A DNA stretch of 64,000 nucleotides from Candidatus Iainarchaeum sp. (GCA_017610205.1 JAFCCL010000002.1:1-64000), one strand, 5' to 3'; shown: positions 28,317 to 38,442, counted from the stretch's first letter. Translations and numbers: made by a program. The notes: generated by a model not told the origin, from the letters alone.

Positions 28317-29075
28317 TTACCCAACACCCCCAATGATTTTTTCATGCAACAACCCGTTTGATGAAATTGCGGTTGAAATGTAAGGTCCTGTTTTGCCTTG
28401 AAAGTCTGTAAGTGTGCCACCAGATTCTTCAACAATAACGGTTGCTGCCGCACAATCCCAAGGATGAGTTCTTGCTGCAAGAGAAAAGTCCAATCTGCCT
28501 GATGCAACCATTGCAAAGTCAGTTATGCCTCCAAAGCTCTGTGAATTAAGCGTTTGGTTAAACACTTTGCTATAAATTGCGCAGTATTGCTTCAGAGAGC
28601 AATAGTCTGAATGCATTTCAAAACTTCCGCTGCTTCCATCCAATTCCTTTTTTTTCGAAACCTTGATTTTTTTGCCATTCAAAAAGCTACCTTTTCCCTT
28701 TTCTGCTTTAAGAAGTTCATTAAAGTAAGGGAGAAAAATTACACCGGTAGTTATTTTTCCTTTTTTTTCCAGAGCAATTGACACACCAAAGGTTGGAAGC
28801 CCTGTCATATAACTGTGTGTTCCGTCAAGAGGGTCTATTATCCATTTGCATTGGCTTGAATTTTTGCTTTTGCCACTTTCCTCTGACAAAAAACTGTGGG
28901 AAGGAAAATTTTTTCTAATATGATTTATTATGATTTTTTCACTTTTCAAATCAACATCTGTGGCAAAATTCTTTGGACCTTTTTTCTTGAGCTTGTGTTT
29001 GTAAAACAATTTTTCCAATTGAAGTTTGCCTGCCATTTTTGCAGCCTTTATTGCAACATCTAATTCTTTGCTCAT
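28317..29075 (-). CDS. Inositol monophosphatase family protein (copy 1)
   Basis: SEE, WIIDPLDGT, PWDCAA. Confidence 0.92.
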   Translation of the reverse strand: MSKELDVAIKAAKMAGKLQLEKLFYKHKLKKKGPKNFATDVDLKSEKIIINHIRKNFPSHSFLSEESGKSKNSSQCKWIIDPLDGTHSYMTGLPTFGVSIALEKKGKITTGVIFLPYFNELLKAEKGKGSFLNGKKIKVSKKKELDGSSGSFEMHSDYCSLKQYCAIYSKVFNQTLNSQSFGGITDFAMVASGRLDFSLAARTHPWDCAAATVIVEESGGTLTDFQGKTGPYISTAISSNGLLHEKIIGGVG

Positions 29076-30505
29076 TTCAATCCCTCCGCTGCCTTTGCTG
29101 CTTGCACCATTTTCTTTTCCTGCAGGTGGTCTGCTGTAATCATTAATCCAACAGGCAGTTTGTTGTGTTCTCCTGCTTTAACAGAAGCGTGAGGAAGCCC
29201 TGCCAAATTTGCTGGAACAGTGCAAAGGTCCATTGCATACTGTTGCAGTGGAGAAAGCTTGTTAATTTCAGAAAATGTTGGTGCAACAAGCGGCATTGTT
29301 GGATTTACAAGAACATCAAGGTTTTCAAAAGCTTGTCTGAATTCTTTTATTAGTTTTGTCCTTACCTTCATTGCCTTTAAGTAATAAGCGTCCCTGAAGC
29401 CGGACATTCTTGCAAATGTTCCAAGCAAAATACGCCTTTTTGCTTCTGTTCCAAAACCCTGTGAACGAATTTTTGAAAAGTATTCGTTAAAATTTCCCTC
29501 CAGCTTTCCATGCAGTCCGTAACGCATTCCACAAAAGCGTGCAAGATTTGTACTTGCCTCTGTTGTTGAGGCAAGATAGTAAGCTGCAATTCCATATTTT
29601 GCATTTAGTGGAAGGGAAATTTCTTCAACTGTTGCACCTTCTTCTTCAAGTTTGTCAATTGCTTTCATGCACTCTTTTTGAACTTTTTCTTCACAGGCTT
29701 TGAAGAATTCTTTTACAACCCCTATCCTTAAATCGTTGGAGGGGTTTGCATTTGCCAAATCCTGTGCTTCCGCTTTTAGAGAGGTACTATCATTCATATC
29801 ATAGCCAGAAATTACTTCAAGAAGCAAGGCTGCATCAGCAGTTGTTTTTCCCAAGCTACCGATTTTGTCCAAAGAATTTGCATAATCAATTAATCCATAC
29901 CTGCTTACCCGCCCATAAGTTGGAGTCAATCCTGCAACCCCGCAGAATGATGCAGGAGAGGCAATACTTCCACCAGTACTTTGACCAAGACTTGCATGTG
30001 CCAGGCTTGTTAGTGCCGTAAAGCCAGCACTTCCGCCTGAACTGCCGCCACAGCATCTTTTTGGGTCAATTGGATTTAGTGGCTTTTCAAAGTCAACGCC
30101 AACATTGTTTGAAAATGTTCCAAAGCCAAATTCGTCCTGTGCTGTTTTGCCAATTATTATTGCACCTTCTGCTTTTGCTTTTGCAACAGCTGTTGCGTCA
30201 AATAATGGCAAATAACCTGTAAGAATTTTGCTTCCTGCCCTTGATTCAAAATTTTTTACGCAAATGCAGTCTTTTACTGTTATTGGAACTCCCAGGAGTT
30301 TGCCTTTGTGCTGTCCTGTTTTTATCCCTGCGTCAATTTCTTTTGCATGCTGTAGGGCTGATTTTTTTGCAATTAAATTAAAGTGGTGAAATTTTGAATT
30401 GCTTTTTTCTGCTTCTTCAAGAATTTTTTCAGTGTGCTCTGCTATGGAAATGTTGCCTCTTTTGACTTCTTTGACAAATTCGTGCAATTCAAGGGCTTTT
30501 TTCAT
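29072..30505 (-). CDS. gatA: Amidotransferase subunit A
   Basis: Amidase signature GGSSGGSA, STGGSI, PTYGRVSRYG, RRILLG. Confidence 0.95.
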   Translation of the reverse strand: MKKALELHEFVKEVKRGNISIAEHTEKILEEAEKSNSKFHHFNLIAKKSALQHAKEIDAGIKTGQHKGKLLGVPITVKDCICVKNFESRAGSKILTGYLPLFDATAVAKAKAEGAIIIGKTAQDEFGFGTFSNNVGVDFEKPLNPIDPKRCCGGSSGGSAGFTALTSLAHASLGQSTGGSIASPASFCGVAGLTPTYGRVSRYGLIDYANSLDKIGSLGKTTADAALLLEVISGYDMNDSTSLKAEAQDLANANPSNDLRIGVVKEFFKACEEKVQKECMKAIDKLEEEGATVEEISLPLNAKYGIAAYYLASTTEASTNLARFCGMRYGLHGKLEGNFNEYFSKIRSQGFGTEAKRRILLGTFARMSGFRDAYYLKAMKVRTKLIKEFRQAFENLDVLVNPTMPLVAPTFSEINKLSPLQQYAMDLCTVPANLAGLPHASVKAGEHNKLPVGLMITADHLQEKKMVQAAKAAEGLK

Positions 30506-30509
30506 TGCA

Positions 30510-30800
30510 TCACATTACCTTCGGGCCCATAAAATAGCCATCTTTCTTGTTTTTTGTGTTTTTTAAGGCCTGTTCCTGGCTTAGGCATTTTTCAACAACA
30601 TCATGCCTTGCCACGTTTTCGAGAGGTATTGGTTGAAAGCTTGGCTTTTCGTCCTTTACATCAATTGTGTCAAGCCTGTCAAAAGCTTTGAGAATTTCCT
30701 GCAATTGGGGAAGGAATTCTTCAATTTCCTTTTCTGAAAGATTCAGGCGTGCATTTTCTGCAACCCTTAAAAGAAGCTTTTTGTCAACCTTTTCAGTCAT
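30510..30800 (-). CDS. gatC: Amidotransferase subunit C
   Basis: VAENARLNLSE..., GYFMGPKV; directly upstream of gatA. Confidence 0.92.
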   Translation of the reverse strand: MTEKVDKKLLLRVAENARLNLSEKEIEEFLPQLQEILKAFDRLDTIDVKDEKPSFQPIPLENVARHDVVEKCLSQEQALKNTKNKKDGYFMGPKVM

Positions 30801-30858
30801 TTAAACCCCACAATATAGAAGAGTAAAAGGAATTTAAATGGAATTATTGCTTTTTTTA

Positions 30859-32637
30859 CTATGGCAAGACCTTTTCAATATCAAGCTTTAGCCCAAGTTC
30901 TTTCAACTGCTTTTCTGAAACTTCACTTGGAGCGTTGTCCATTAAGGAAATTGTTGCCTTGTTTTTTGGAAAAGCAATTACTTCACGAATACTGTCCTCG
31001 TTGGCCATTAGGGCAACAACTCTGTCAAGACCCAAGGCAATTCCGCCGTGTGGCGGAGCGCCGTATTTGAATGCAGTTAGCAGGAATTCAAACTTTGATT
31101 CAGCTTCCTCTTTTGAAATTCCCAATGCCTTGAATATTTTTTCCTGAATTTCTCTTTGATGAATTCTAATGCTTCCGCCGCCAATTTCCACACCGTTCAA
31201 AACAATGTCATAGGCTTTTGCCTTGGCTTTCTCCGGAGAAGAGTCAAGCAATTTCAAATCCTCATCTTTTGGAGAAGTAAAAGGATGGTGCATTGCCTGC
31301 CACCTTTGCTCCTCGTCAGACCAGTCAAGCAGAGGGAAATCATAAACCCAAAGGAAATTCCACTTCTTCAAATCAATTAGGTTAAGCTTTTGCCCAACAG
31401 CAAGACGAACATAACCAAGAGAATTGCAGGCGGTTTCCCAGGAATCTGCAACAAGCAGAATTAAATCCCCTTTCTTTGACTTTGTTTTGGAAAGCAATGC
31501 CTTTACTGTTTTTTCTGGCAGGAATTTGGCAATCTGGCTTTCAATTCCCTCGCCTTTAACCCAAACACTCATTAATCCTTTTGCCTTGTAAAGTTTTGCA
31601 ATTTCAGTAAGCTTGTCAACATCTTTCTTTGACAGTTTTTCGCAGCCTTTTTCAATCTTCAAAGCCTTTATTGAACCATTTGCTTCAATCACTGAATTAA
31701 AAATTCCAAAATCCGTTCCAGACATTTCATTTGTTACATCAGCAAGCTCCATCTCAAAGCGAGTGTCAGGCTTGTCTGAACCAAACCTGTTCATTGCATC
31801 ATCAAAAGATATTCTTGAGAAAGGAGTTTTAACAGAAACATTCAAAGACTTTTTGAAAACAAAAGCCATTGCCTCTTCCATTATTTTAAAAATATCCTCC
31901 TGTTCAACAAAGGACATTTCTACATCAACCTGTGTAAATTCAAGCTGCCTGTCTGCCCTCAAATCCTCGTCCCTAAAACATTTTACAATTTGAAAGTATC
32001 GGTCAAAACCTGAAACCATTAGAATTTGCTTGAAAAGCTGCGGGCTCTGGGGCAATGCAAAGAATTTTCCTTGGTGGACACGGCTTGGAACAAGAAAATC
32101 CCTTGCGCCCTCTGGCGTGCTTTTTGCAAGAATAGGAGTTTCAATTTCCAAAAAGCCTTCATTGTCAAAAAAATCACGGAATGCCTTGATTGCCTTGTGC
32201 CTCAAAATAAGATTTTGCTGTAGTTCTGGCCGCCTCAAATCCAGAAACCTGTACTTTAACCTTTGTTCCTCTCCTGCAAGAAGATGCTTGTCAAGCTCTA
32301 TTGGCAAAGGCGTTGCAGCAGGATTTAAGATTTCAAGCTTTGTTGCGCTTACCTCTACCTTGCCTGTTTCGATTGCCTTGTTCTCTGTCCCCTTTGGCCT
32401 TTTTCCAACCTTTCCCTCAATCTGGACAACAAATTCCTTTCCAAGTTTGCCTGCTTCCCTATGGGCTTCTTTGCCACCCTTTGGGTTAAATACTACCTGC
32501 GTTGTCCCATACCGGTCCCTTAAATCAATAAAAATCAGGCTTCCGTGGTCTCTTCTTTTTGAAACCCAGCCCTGCAAAATTGCCTTTTTGCCAATGAATT
32601 TTTCAGTTAACTCTCCGCAAGTATGTGTTCTCTTCAT
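30859..32637 (-). CDS. aspS: Aspartate--tRNA ligase, bacterial-type (GAD insertion), probably non-discriminating
   Basis: MKRTHTCG, RRDHG, STPEGARDF, LPQSPQLFKQ, FRDEDLRADRQ, GSDKPD, HHPFT, PPHGG; ~590 aa. Confidence 0.95.
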   Translation of the reverse strand: MKRTHTCGELTEKFIGKKAILQGWVSKRRDHGSLIFIDLRDRYGTTQVVFNPKGGKEAHREAGKLGKEFVVQIEGKVGKRPKGTENKAIETGKVEVSATKLEILNPAATPLPIELDKHLLAGEEQRLKYRFLDLRRPELQQNLILRHKAIKAFRDFFDNEGFLEIETPILAKSTPEGARDFLVPSRVHQGKFFALPQSPQLFKQILMVSGFDRYFQIVKCFRDEDLRADRQLEFTQVDVEMSFVEQEDIFKIMEEAMAFVFKKSLNVSVKTPFSRISFDDAMNRFGSDKPDTRFEMELADVTNEMSGTDFGIFNSVIEANGSIKALKIEKGCEKLSKKDVDKLTEIAKLYKAKGLMSVWVKGEGIESQIAKFLPEKTVKALLSKTKSKKGDLILLVADSWETACNSLGYVRLAVGQKLNLIDLKKWNFLWVYDFPLLDWSDEEQRWQAMHHPFTSPKDEDLKLLDSSPEKAKAKAYDIVLNGVEIGGGSIRIHQREIQEKIFKALGISKEEAESKFEFLLTAFKYGAPPHGGIALGLDRVVALMANEDSIREVIAFPKNKATISLMDNAPSEVSEKQLKELGLKLDIEKVLP

Positions 32638-32686
32638 AAAAAAAACCACTTGAATTAAGAAAAAATGGTAAAAAACGGTTATAAAG

Positions 32687-33391
32687 CTAATTGTTTCCCT
32701 TTGCAAAACAACAATTGGTTTTCAAAAAACATCCGCTGCAATTCGGCTTCTTTTTGCAAAAGCGCTTTCCATGTTCCACCAAGAGAGCGTGGAATTCATT
32801 AAAGAGCTGTGTATTCTTAGGCAGCTGTGATTCAAAAAAAGCCTTGACTTCCACATAATCGGTTGTTGGCAGTTTGAAAAAGCGCTTAGCAAAGCGCGTT
32901 GTGTAGGCGTCAACAACAAAGGCTGGCTTTTCTGCCGCGTAGAGAATGATGTCGTCCGCTGTTTCATTGCCTATTCCGTGCAGGGAGAGGAGTTCAAGGC
33001 GCAGCTCTGCAATGGGTTTGGAGAACATTTTGTTAATGCTGTAATTATAATTGTTTTTTAGGTATTGAGAGAATAGTTTCAGCCTTTTTGCTTTTTGGTT
33101 GAAGTAACCACTTGGTTTTACAAGCTTTGCAATGGTTTCCTGCCTTGAGCTTGCAATTTTTTCACAGGAAAGCAAGCCTGCTTTGCTCAGGTTTTCCAGT
33201 GCTTTCATTACATTTTCCCAATCAGTGTTTTGCGTCAGGATTGCGCCGATGCAAATTTCTAACTTTTGTTTTTCGGTTAAGTGTTTGCGCTTCTTGTAAG
33301 TTGGCGTAATTTCTCCCGCATCTGTTACTGGCCACCACAATTGTTCACCAAATTGCTTGAGCAGTGCCTTGTATAATTCAATTGGCTTCAT
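32687..33391 (-). CDS. Endonuclease III-related HhH-GPD protein with C-terminal Fe-S motif
   Basis: GAILTQNT.W, LHGIGNETAD, VVDAYT.R, C..KPNC..C.....C. Confidence 0.9.
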   Translation of the reverse strand: MKPIELYKALLKQFGEQLWWPVTDAGEITPTYKKRKHLTEKQKLEICIGAILTQNTDWENVMKALENLSKAGLLSCEKIASSRQETIAKLVKPSGYFNQKAKRLKLFSQYLKNNYNYSINKMFSKPIAELRLELLSLHGIGNETADDIILYAAEKPAFVVDAYTTRFAKRFFKLPTTDYVEVKAFFESQLPKNTQLFNEFHALLVEHGKRFCKKKPNCSGCFLKTNCCFAKGNN

Positions 33392-33414
33392 AGAAAGATA
33401 GAATTAACGAAATG

Positions 33415-33488
33415 CTTTTAGTAGAGCAGGCAAAGCGGTACTGCAAAAAGCAGCTACCAGAATGTAGAGGCTGTCTGGTGAAACAAGA
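33415..33488 (+). pseudogene. Fragment of a second endonuclease III-like gene (Fe-S motif), cut by the IS66 end
   Basis: Translates LLVEQAKRYCKKQLPECRGCLVKQ, matching LLVEHGKRFCKKKPNCSGCFLK of the neighbouring gene. Confidence 0.65.
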
Positions 33489-34685
33489 GTAACAGTTTAA
33501 ATTTATCCTGTTAGCTGGTTAGTGAGGCTGTCATGCAGTATCTGATAGTATTGTTGGTTGCAGTGTTTGCTGATCATGTATAGGGATGCTTGCATGGCGT
33601 AGCTTTGCATGTGGTCGTTGCTACGGTTTTGTTGGCTGATTTTGCGTTTTAGGACTTCGTGTCTTAGGTCTCGTTCTGCTCTGTTGTTTGTGGGGTCAAC
33701 GTACTCGTATTGTAGGAAGGTGAACCACTTGCCTTGCTGTTTAAGGATGTATTTTTTGAGGTGCAGGGCGTTTTTTCCAAACCATTTGTTTTGTCGCCTG
33801 TTTTTTTCTCCTAATAGAGTCAGGAGTTCTGTGTCGTATTTTTGTCTGAGTTCTTTGGAACATTCGTTTTCGCGTTTGTCTTTTTTTGCTTGGCCGAACA
33901 CTTGCATGATTTTTTTTACAAGCGTTTCATAGTCTCTTTTTTCTTTTTTTGTCTTGAAGTAGTGCTTGGGTTTTTTGGCTAGTCTTGATAGGTGACTCCA
34001 GCACTTCTACTGTTGTTTGCTGGTTTTATTGTATACTGCGAGCGCGTCTGAGATTGTGACGCAGTCTTTGTCAAGTTTTAGGGAGCGTGCTGTTTTTGTG
34101 TTTCTTTTCAGGGTTATTTTGAAGTAAACCGTTTGTGCAATGCTCGCAACCCACAGCCAGTTGAGTTTTCCGTTTTTTCGCCAACCTATTTCATCACGAT
34201 GCACGAACAAGGCCTTTTGTATTTCCTCTTCAAGCTTTTTGTAATCCTCTTTCAAGTAATCTTTGAGTCTCTGTAGGGTATTGCTTACTGTTGCAGGCGA
34301 GATATCAAGACTGAAGATTGTTAAGGATAGTTCGCTTATGCGCCTGCCTGACATGTTGAAGCCAGTGAACAGGACTGATATGAGGATTGCTGTGTTCAGG
34401 TCAAACTTGCTGCCAGGCAAAGCGTCAGGCAGTTTTGGAACAACTTCTTTTTTGCAGCCCAGGCAGTAGTATGCCCAGATTTTGTTGAGAATACGTTCAA
34501 ATGTTGGAAACTTGATGTGGATTGTCGTGCGAAAATATTTCTTCTTTTTCTTTGTTATTCTTGTTCCTCCACAGCAAGGGCAACGTTTCGCAGTGATATC
34601 TCTTTCTTTGTTGTGGACTTTCGGTCGGGAGTTGCGCATGAAACGAAAAAGGGCTATCTGCTATTTGAGACTTTCGGTTGCGCAA
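33489..34685 (-). mobile_element. Decayed IS66-family element (transposase with in-frame TAG, 5' truncated)
   Basis: Zn ribbon CPCCG, HRDEIGW, ISD...Y, KCWSHL, PTNNRAERDLR; TAG at 34007 in frame with the downstream ORF; GTAAC terminus at 33489. Confidence 0.85.
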
Positions 34686-34750
34686 AAATCAGGCCAACTA
34701 AATACTTACAAAAAACGATTAAAAGCTTAAGTGTTAGAAATCAAGTAATT

Positions 34751-35533
34751 CTAATCTCTGTTTTTTGGAGTTAGTTCAAAAAGATAAACGTTTGCAACCC
34801 AGTTCTTTCCTTTCTTAAAAATTCTTGTTTTGCCTCTTTCATTCAATGAACGAAAAAAGGTTTCATTTTCTGGCACAAACTCTTTAGTAGATATGTTTTC
34901 AAAGGCAACAAGCCTTGCATTGTAATGAAAAAGAATTTTCCTTATTGTAGAAGCATAGTCAGTAGCAGTGTAAACAGGTAAAAAAATGCGGGTATCTTTG
35001 TGCAGGTGATTTTTTGCAAGCTCAAGAAATTTTAAAACATGCTTATTTCCAAGCTTGCCTCCATCAATGGTTTTTGAAAGCTTTGAACCAACTGATTTAA
35101 GGTAGGAATTAGGAACAATTTCCTGCGGAAGATTTGCAATTATTACATCAAACTTTTCATTAACGCCTGCAAAATATTTTCCCTTATGCAAGGAAAGTTT
35201 TACGTTATTAAGCACTGCATTTTTTTCAGCAACAGCTATTGCATCAGCACTTGTATCAGTTGCTGAAACAATGCCCCCTTTTTTTGCTGCAAAGATTGCA
35301 AGAATTCCGGAACCTGTTCCTACATCAACAACTTTTTCGCCTGGAAAAATTGTTATGTTTCCAACTATAAAAGAAGCACAGCAAGAAGGCGGAAAAATAT
35401 CCGGAGTTACCTTTGTCAAAATTTCAAGGCCCCAAAAAGAATATTTTCGAAGTTCTGGTTCCTTGACAAAATGGCTTTTTTGCCTGTTTCTTGCAAAGCC
35501 AATGCTAGCAGGCACTAAATCGTCTTCAACCAT
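34751..35533 (-). CDS. Class I SAM-dependent methyltransferase (HemK/PrmC-like)
   Basis: VVDVGTGSGILA, FDVIIANLP, DGG..G. Confidence 0.85.
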   Translation of the reverse strand: MVEDDLVPASIGFARNRQKSHFVKEPELRKYSFWGLEILTKVTPDIFPPSCCASFIVGNITIFPGEKVVDVGTGSGILAIFAAKKGGIVSATDTSADAIAVAEKNAVLNNVKLSLHKGKYFAGVNEKFDVIIANLPQEIVPNSYLKSVGSKLSKTIDGGKLGNKHVLKFLELAKNHLHKDTRIFLPVYTATDYASTIRKILFHYNARLVAFENISTKEFVPENETFFRSLNERGKTRIFKKGKNWVANVYLFELTPKNRD

Positions 35534-35626
35534 ATAAATACTGCAAATAAGATGTTTATCAAAACAATGGCGGGTTTTTTTGACAAAAAGTAGGTATTTT
35601 ATTGTTTTCGCCATAAAAGTTAAAAT

Positions 35627-36598
35627 ATGGGCAATTTTAAGCTTTTGGATAAGGACAGGGAAATATTATTTGAATTAAGCCTTAACAGCAGGGCAAGCCT
35701 TACAGAGCTTGCAAGAAGAACAGGAATGTCAAAGCAGGCATTAAGCTACAGGCTTTCTCTTCTTGAAAAAAATAGGGTAATTCTTGGATACTATGCAATA
35801 ACAAATATTTATCTTCTTGGAATGACCCACTACAGGGTTTTTATAAAGTATGAAAATATGAGTTCAGAAAAGGAACAGGAGCTTGCCAAGCATCTTATGG
35901 CAAATCCAAAAATTACGTGGATTGCATATCTTGACGGCAACCTTGATTTAGTATATCTTGTCTGGGCAAAAAACATACAGGAATTTGAAAAAGTTTACGA
36001 TGAAGTAAACGACAAATTTGGCGCATTCTTTCAGGAAAAACAGTTTTCAATAGCAACAAAAATAGAGTATATGAAATACAGGTTTTTGTCGGACAAAAAA
36101 GGCGGGAAAAACATAATATTTGGGGGAACAATTGGAAACATAGTATTTGACAGTCTTGACAAAAAAATTCTTAAAAGGCTTAACATCAACTGCAGGGAAT
36201 CCCTTGTTGAAATTTCACAGGCCTGCAATTCAAACCCAAAAACAGTAAGGGCAAGAATAGATGCGATGGAAAAAAAAGATGTAATTGCGGGATATAATGT
36301 AAAAATAAATCATAAAAAGCTTGGATTTACTCACAGAAAAATTTACCTTAAGTTAAACAATGTTTCCAAAGAAAAAATCAACGAGCTTTTGTCATATCTA
36401 AGAGGCCTGAAAAGCATAATCTATCTTATCAAGCCAATAGGCAATTACGACTTTGAATTTGAAATGATGACAAAATCAAACGAAGAATTCCACAACACAA
36501 TTAAGGAACTGAGAACAAAGTTTGCTAAAAATATTAAAAATCACAGTTCAGTAATAATCTACGCAGAGCCAAAATCCGGGCAGATGAAAGAATTTTAA
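35627..36598 (+). CDS. Tandem Lrp/AsnC family transcriptional regulator
   Basis: Two HTH-AsnC repeats (LDKDREIL..NSR; DSLDKKIL..NCR); divergent from the methyltransferase. Confidence 0.9.
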   Translation: MGNFKLLDKDREILFELSLNSRASLTELARRTGMSKQALSYRLSLLEKNRVILGYYAITNIYLLGMTHYRVFIKYENMSSEKEQELAKHLMANPKITWIAYLDGNLDLVYLVWAKNIQEFEKVYDEVNDKFGAFFQEKQFSIATKIEYMKYRFLSDKKGGKNIIFGGTIGNIVFDSLDKKILKRLNINCRESLVEISQACNSNPKTVRARIDAMEKKDVIAGYNVKINHKKLGFTHRKIYLKLNNVSKEKINELLSYLRGLKSIIYLIKPIGNYDFEFEMMTKSNEEFHNTIKELRTKFAKNIKNHSSVIIYAEPKSGQMKEF

Positions 36599-36619
36599 AC
36601 AAGATTAACTTATACATAA

Positions 36620-37237
36620 TTATTTCTTTCCTTCCCATTCGTCTAAAAATTCTTTTACAAATTGCTCTGTAAATTCATACCTGTGCTTTGCAATGTTTTG
36701 AGCTGTTTTGGTGTGAAATTGGTTTGGGTTAATTTTGAGAATTTTTTCACGAAAATGGTTGATTCCTGAAGGAAGTCCTATTTTTACAGGGCTGTGCAAG
36801 GATCTGTTGCGTTTTCCACCGTATGAAAACGCCCTTGCAATGCCTATTGCGCCCAAGGTGTCAAGCCTGTCGGCGTCCTGCAAAACCTTTCCTTCAAGTG
36901 TTTTTGGCACAAGACCTTTTCTAAAGCGGTGAACTAAAATGCAGTAAACCACAGGAAGTATTTTAATTTTATCAAAATTTGTTTCAAGAAGAATTTTTTC
37001 AGCGTCTTTTGCACCGTGCTCTGCATGGCATTCAACTTCTCCACAGGACTCTTTTTTTCTTGCAATGTCATGCAATAAAGCGGCTGTTTGAACAATTTCC
37101 AAATCAGCACCTTCCTTTTCCGCAATTAGGGTAGCAAGCCTGAAGACGCGTTCTGTGTGATCAAAGCTGTGACATCCGCCTTTTCCAAAAAAAGGCAATA
37201 TTTTTTTCCTAAGCATTTCCAAAAAGTTTTTGTCCAT
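36620..37237 (-). CDS. HD-domain phosphohydrolase
   Basis: H.FDHTERV, ALLHDI, QDADRLDTLGAIG. Confidence 0.92.
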   Translation of the reverse strand: MDKNFLEMLRKKILPFFGKGGCHSFDHTERVFRLATLIAEKEGADLEIVQTAALLHDIARKKESCGEVECHAEHGAKDAEKILLETNFDKIKILPVVYCILVHRFRKGLVPKTLEGKVLQDADRLDTLGAIGIARAFSYGGKRNRSLHSPVKIGLPSGINHFREKILKINPNQFHTKTAQNIAKHRYEFTEQFVKEFLDEWEGKK

Positions 37238-37249
37238 ATTATTTCACTT

Positions 37250-38230
37250 TTATGCATACTCCGCAATCGTTTTTTGTCCTTTTTCCCCAAGGGGCCTTGC
37301 TGCTATGCCAAGCCTTCTTTGCACATAGGACGCCAGTTCTCGTTCACTTCCGTGCATTGTTACCACAAGCTTTGGCTCTGACTGCTTTGCGTAATCCAAA
37401 AGCTGCTGGAAGTCTGCGTGGTCGCTTAGTGGAAAAACTTCGTTAAAGCCGTTTCTGAAATTCCAACCAGTTGCCATTCCTGAAAAGATTTTTTTATGGA
37501 TTGAAAATTCAAGAACCTGCAAAAGGTTGTGATTAACAAGTGATGGAGGCATTATCAGAACAGAACTTTCATTAAGGTTGTGGTCAAGCTTTATGAAATT
37601 GCCAAGCTTTGTGCCGTGCTTTTCGTAAACCTTGTTGTTGTCATAAACAGAGTCGTGCACTAGTGGAACAAGGTCGGTGTATTCGTTTACTACTTTGGTA
37701 AGCTCTTGTGCTTTTCCAAGAGAATAGCCTGCAAGAACAACAAAACCCTGTTTGCTTTTTTCTTTTACAAAATTTCCAATCTTTTGGTAAACCTCTTCGC
37801 GGGCGGGAAAAGAAAAACAGGGCTTTCCAAAAGTGCTTTCAAGCACAAGAACATCACATTTTAAAGGCAGTGCCCCTTTTTGAATAATGCTGTCCTGGAC
37901 CTTGAAGTCGTTGGTTACTGCAATTGTTTTGGTTCCTTCAACCAAAACCTGTGCGCTTCCAAGAATGTGGCCTGAGTTGTGAAGGGAAATTGTTGAATCT
38001 CCAAACGAAAGTTTTTTGCCAAATTTTAATTGGGAAAAGTTTGCTTCCTTTTTGTACCTGCTTTTAATTATTGCCTCTGTTTCAGGCGTACAAACATATT
38101 CTGTGACCTTATTTGTGGCAACGTGGTCTGAGTGACCGTGTGAAATTACGGCTTTTTCTGCCTTGCAGCTTGCCTTTGCGTCAATTGGAACGTTTCCTGC
38201 AAAAAGGGCTTTGTTTGAGCGAATTTGCAT
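37250..38230 (-). CDS. MBL-fold/beta-CASP-like nuclease (ligase-associated exonuclease type)
   Basis: ISHGHSDH, GHILGSA, ESTFG, YSLGKAQ, LSDHADF, HG. Confidence 0.88.
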   Translation of the reverse strand: MQIRSNKALFAGNVPIDAKASCKAEKAVISHGHSDHVATNKVTEYVCTPETEAIIKSRYKKEANFSQLKFGKKLSFGDSTISLHNSGHILGSAQVLVEGTKTIAVTNDFKVQDSIIQKGALPLKCDVLVLESTFGKPCFSFPAREEVYQKIGNFVKEKSKQGFVVLAGYSLGKAQELTKVVNEYTDLVPLVHDSVYDNNKVYEKHGTKLGNFIKLDHNLNESSVLIMPPSLVNHNLLQVLEFSIHKKIFSGMATGWNFRNGFNEVFPLSDHADFQQLLDYAKQSEPKLVVTMHGSERELASYVQRRLGIAARPLGEKGQKTIAEYA

Positions 38231-38339
38231 TGTGATAATAAATAGGGCTTATTGAAATAAAAACCTTGTTAGGTGTTTGTTGGTTTTTTTGAAAAATTCA
38301 TGCTATTGAGTGAAACGAAATAGCATATTATCGCACCAG

Positions 38340-38382
38340 CTTGTTGCGCTGCGCGCAACGCCGTTTCCGGCACGGAAACAAG
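38340..38382. repeat. Pair of inverted covarying hairpins (REP/REPIN-like)
   Basis: CTTGTT-GCGC-TGC-GCGC-AACG on + and CTTGTT-TCCG-TGC-CGGA-AACG on -. Confidence 0.7.
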
Positions 38383-38442
38383 GCGTGACGGCTAGGGGAA
38401 ATTATTAAAACCAAGTTTGATGTAATTATAGTGTTGTTTTTT

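Noticed and set aside
34007-34009. Pyrrolysine or amber read-through in the IS66 transposase
   Set aside because: A simple CAG-to-TAG change in an already truncated element; TAG is used as a normal stop elsewhere and no pyl genes are seen
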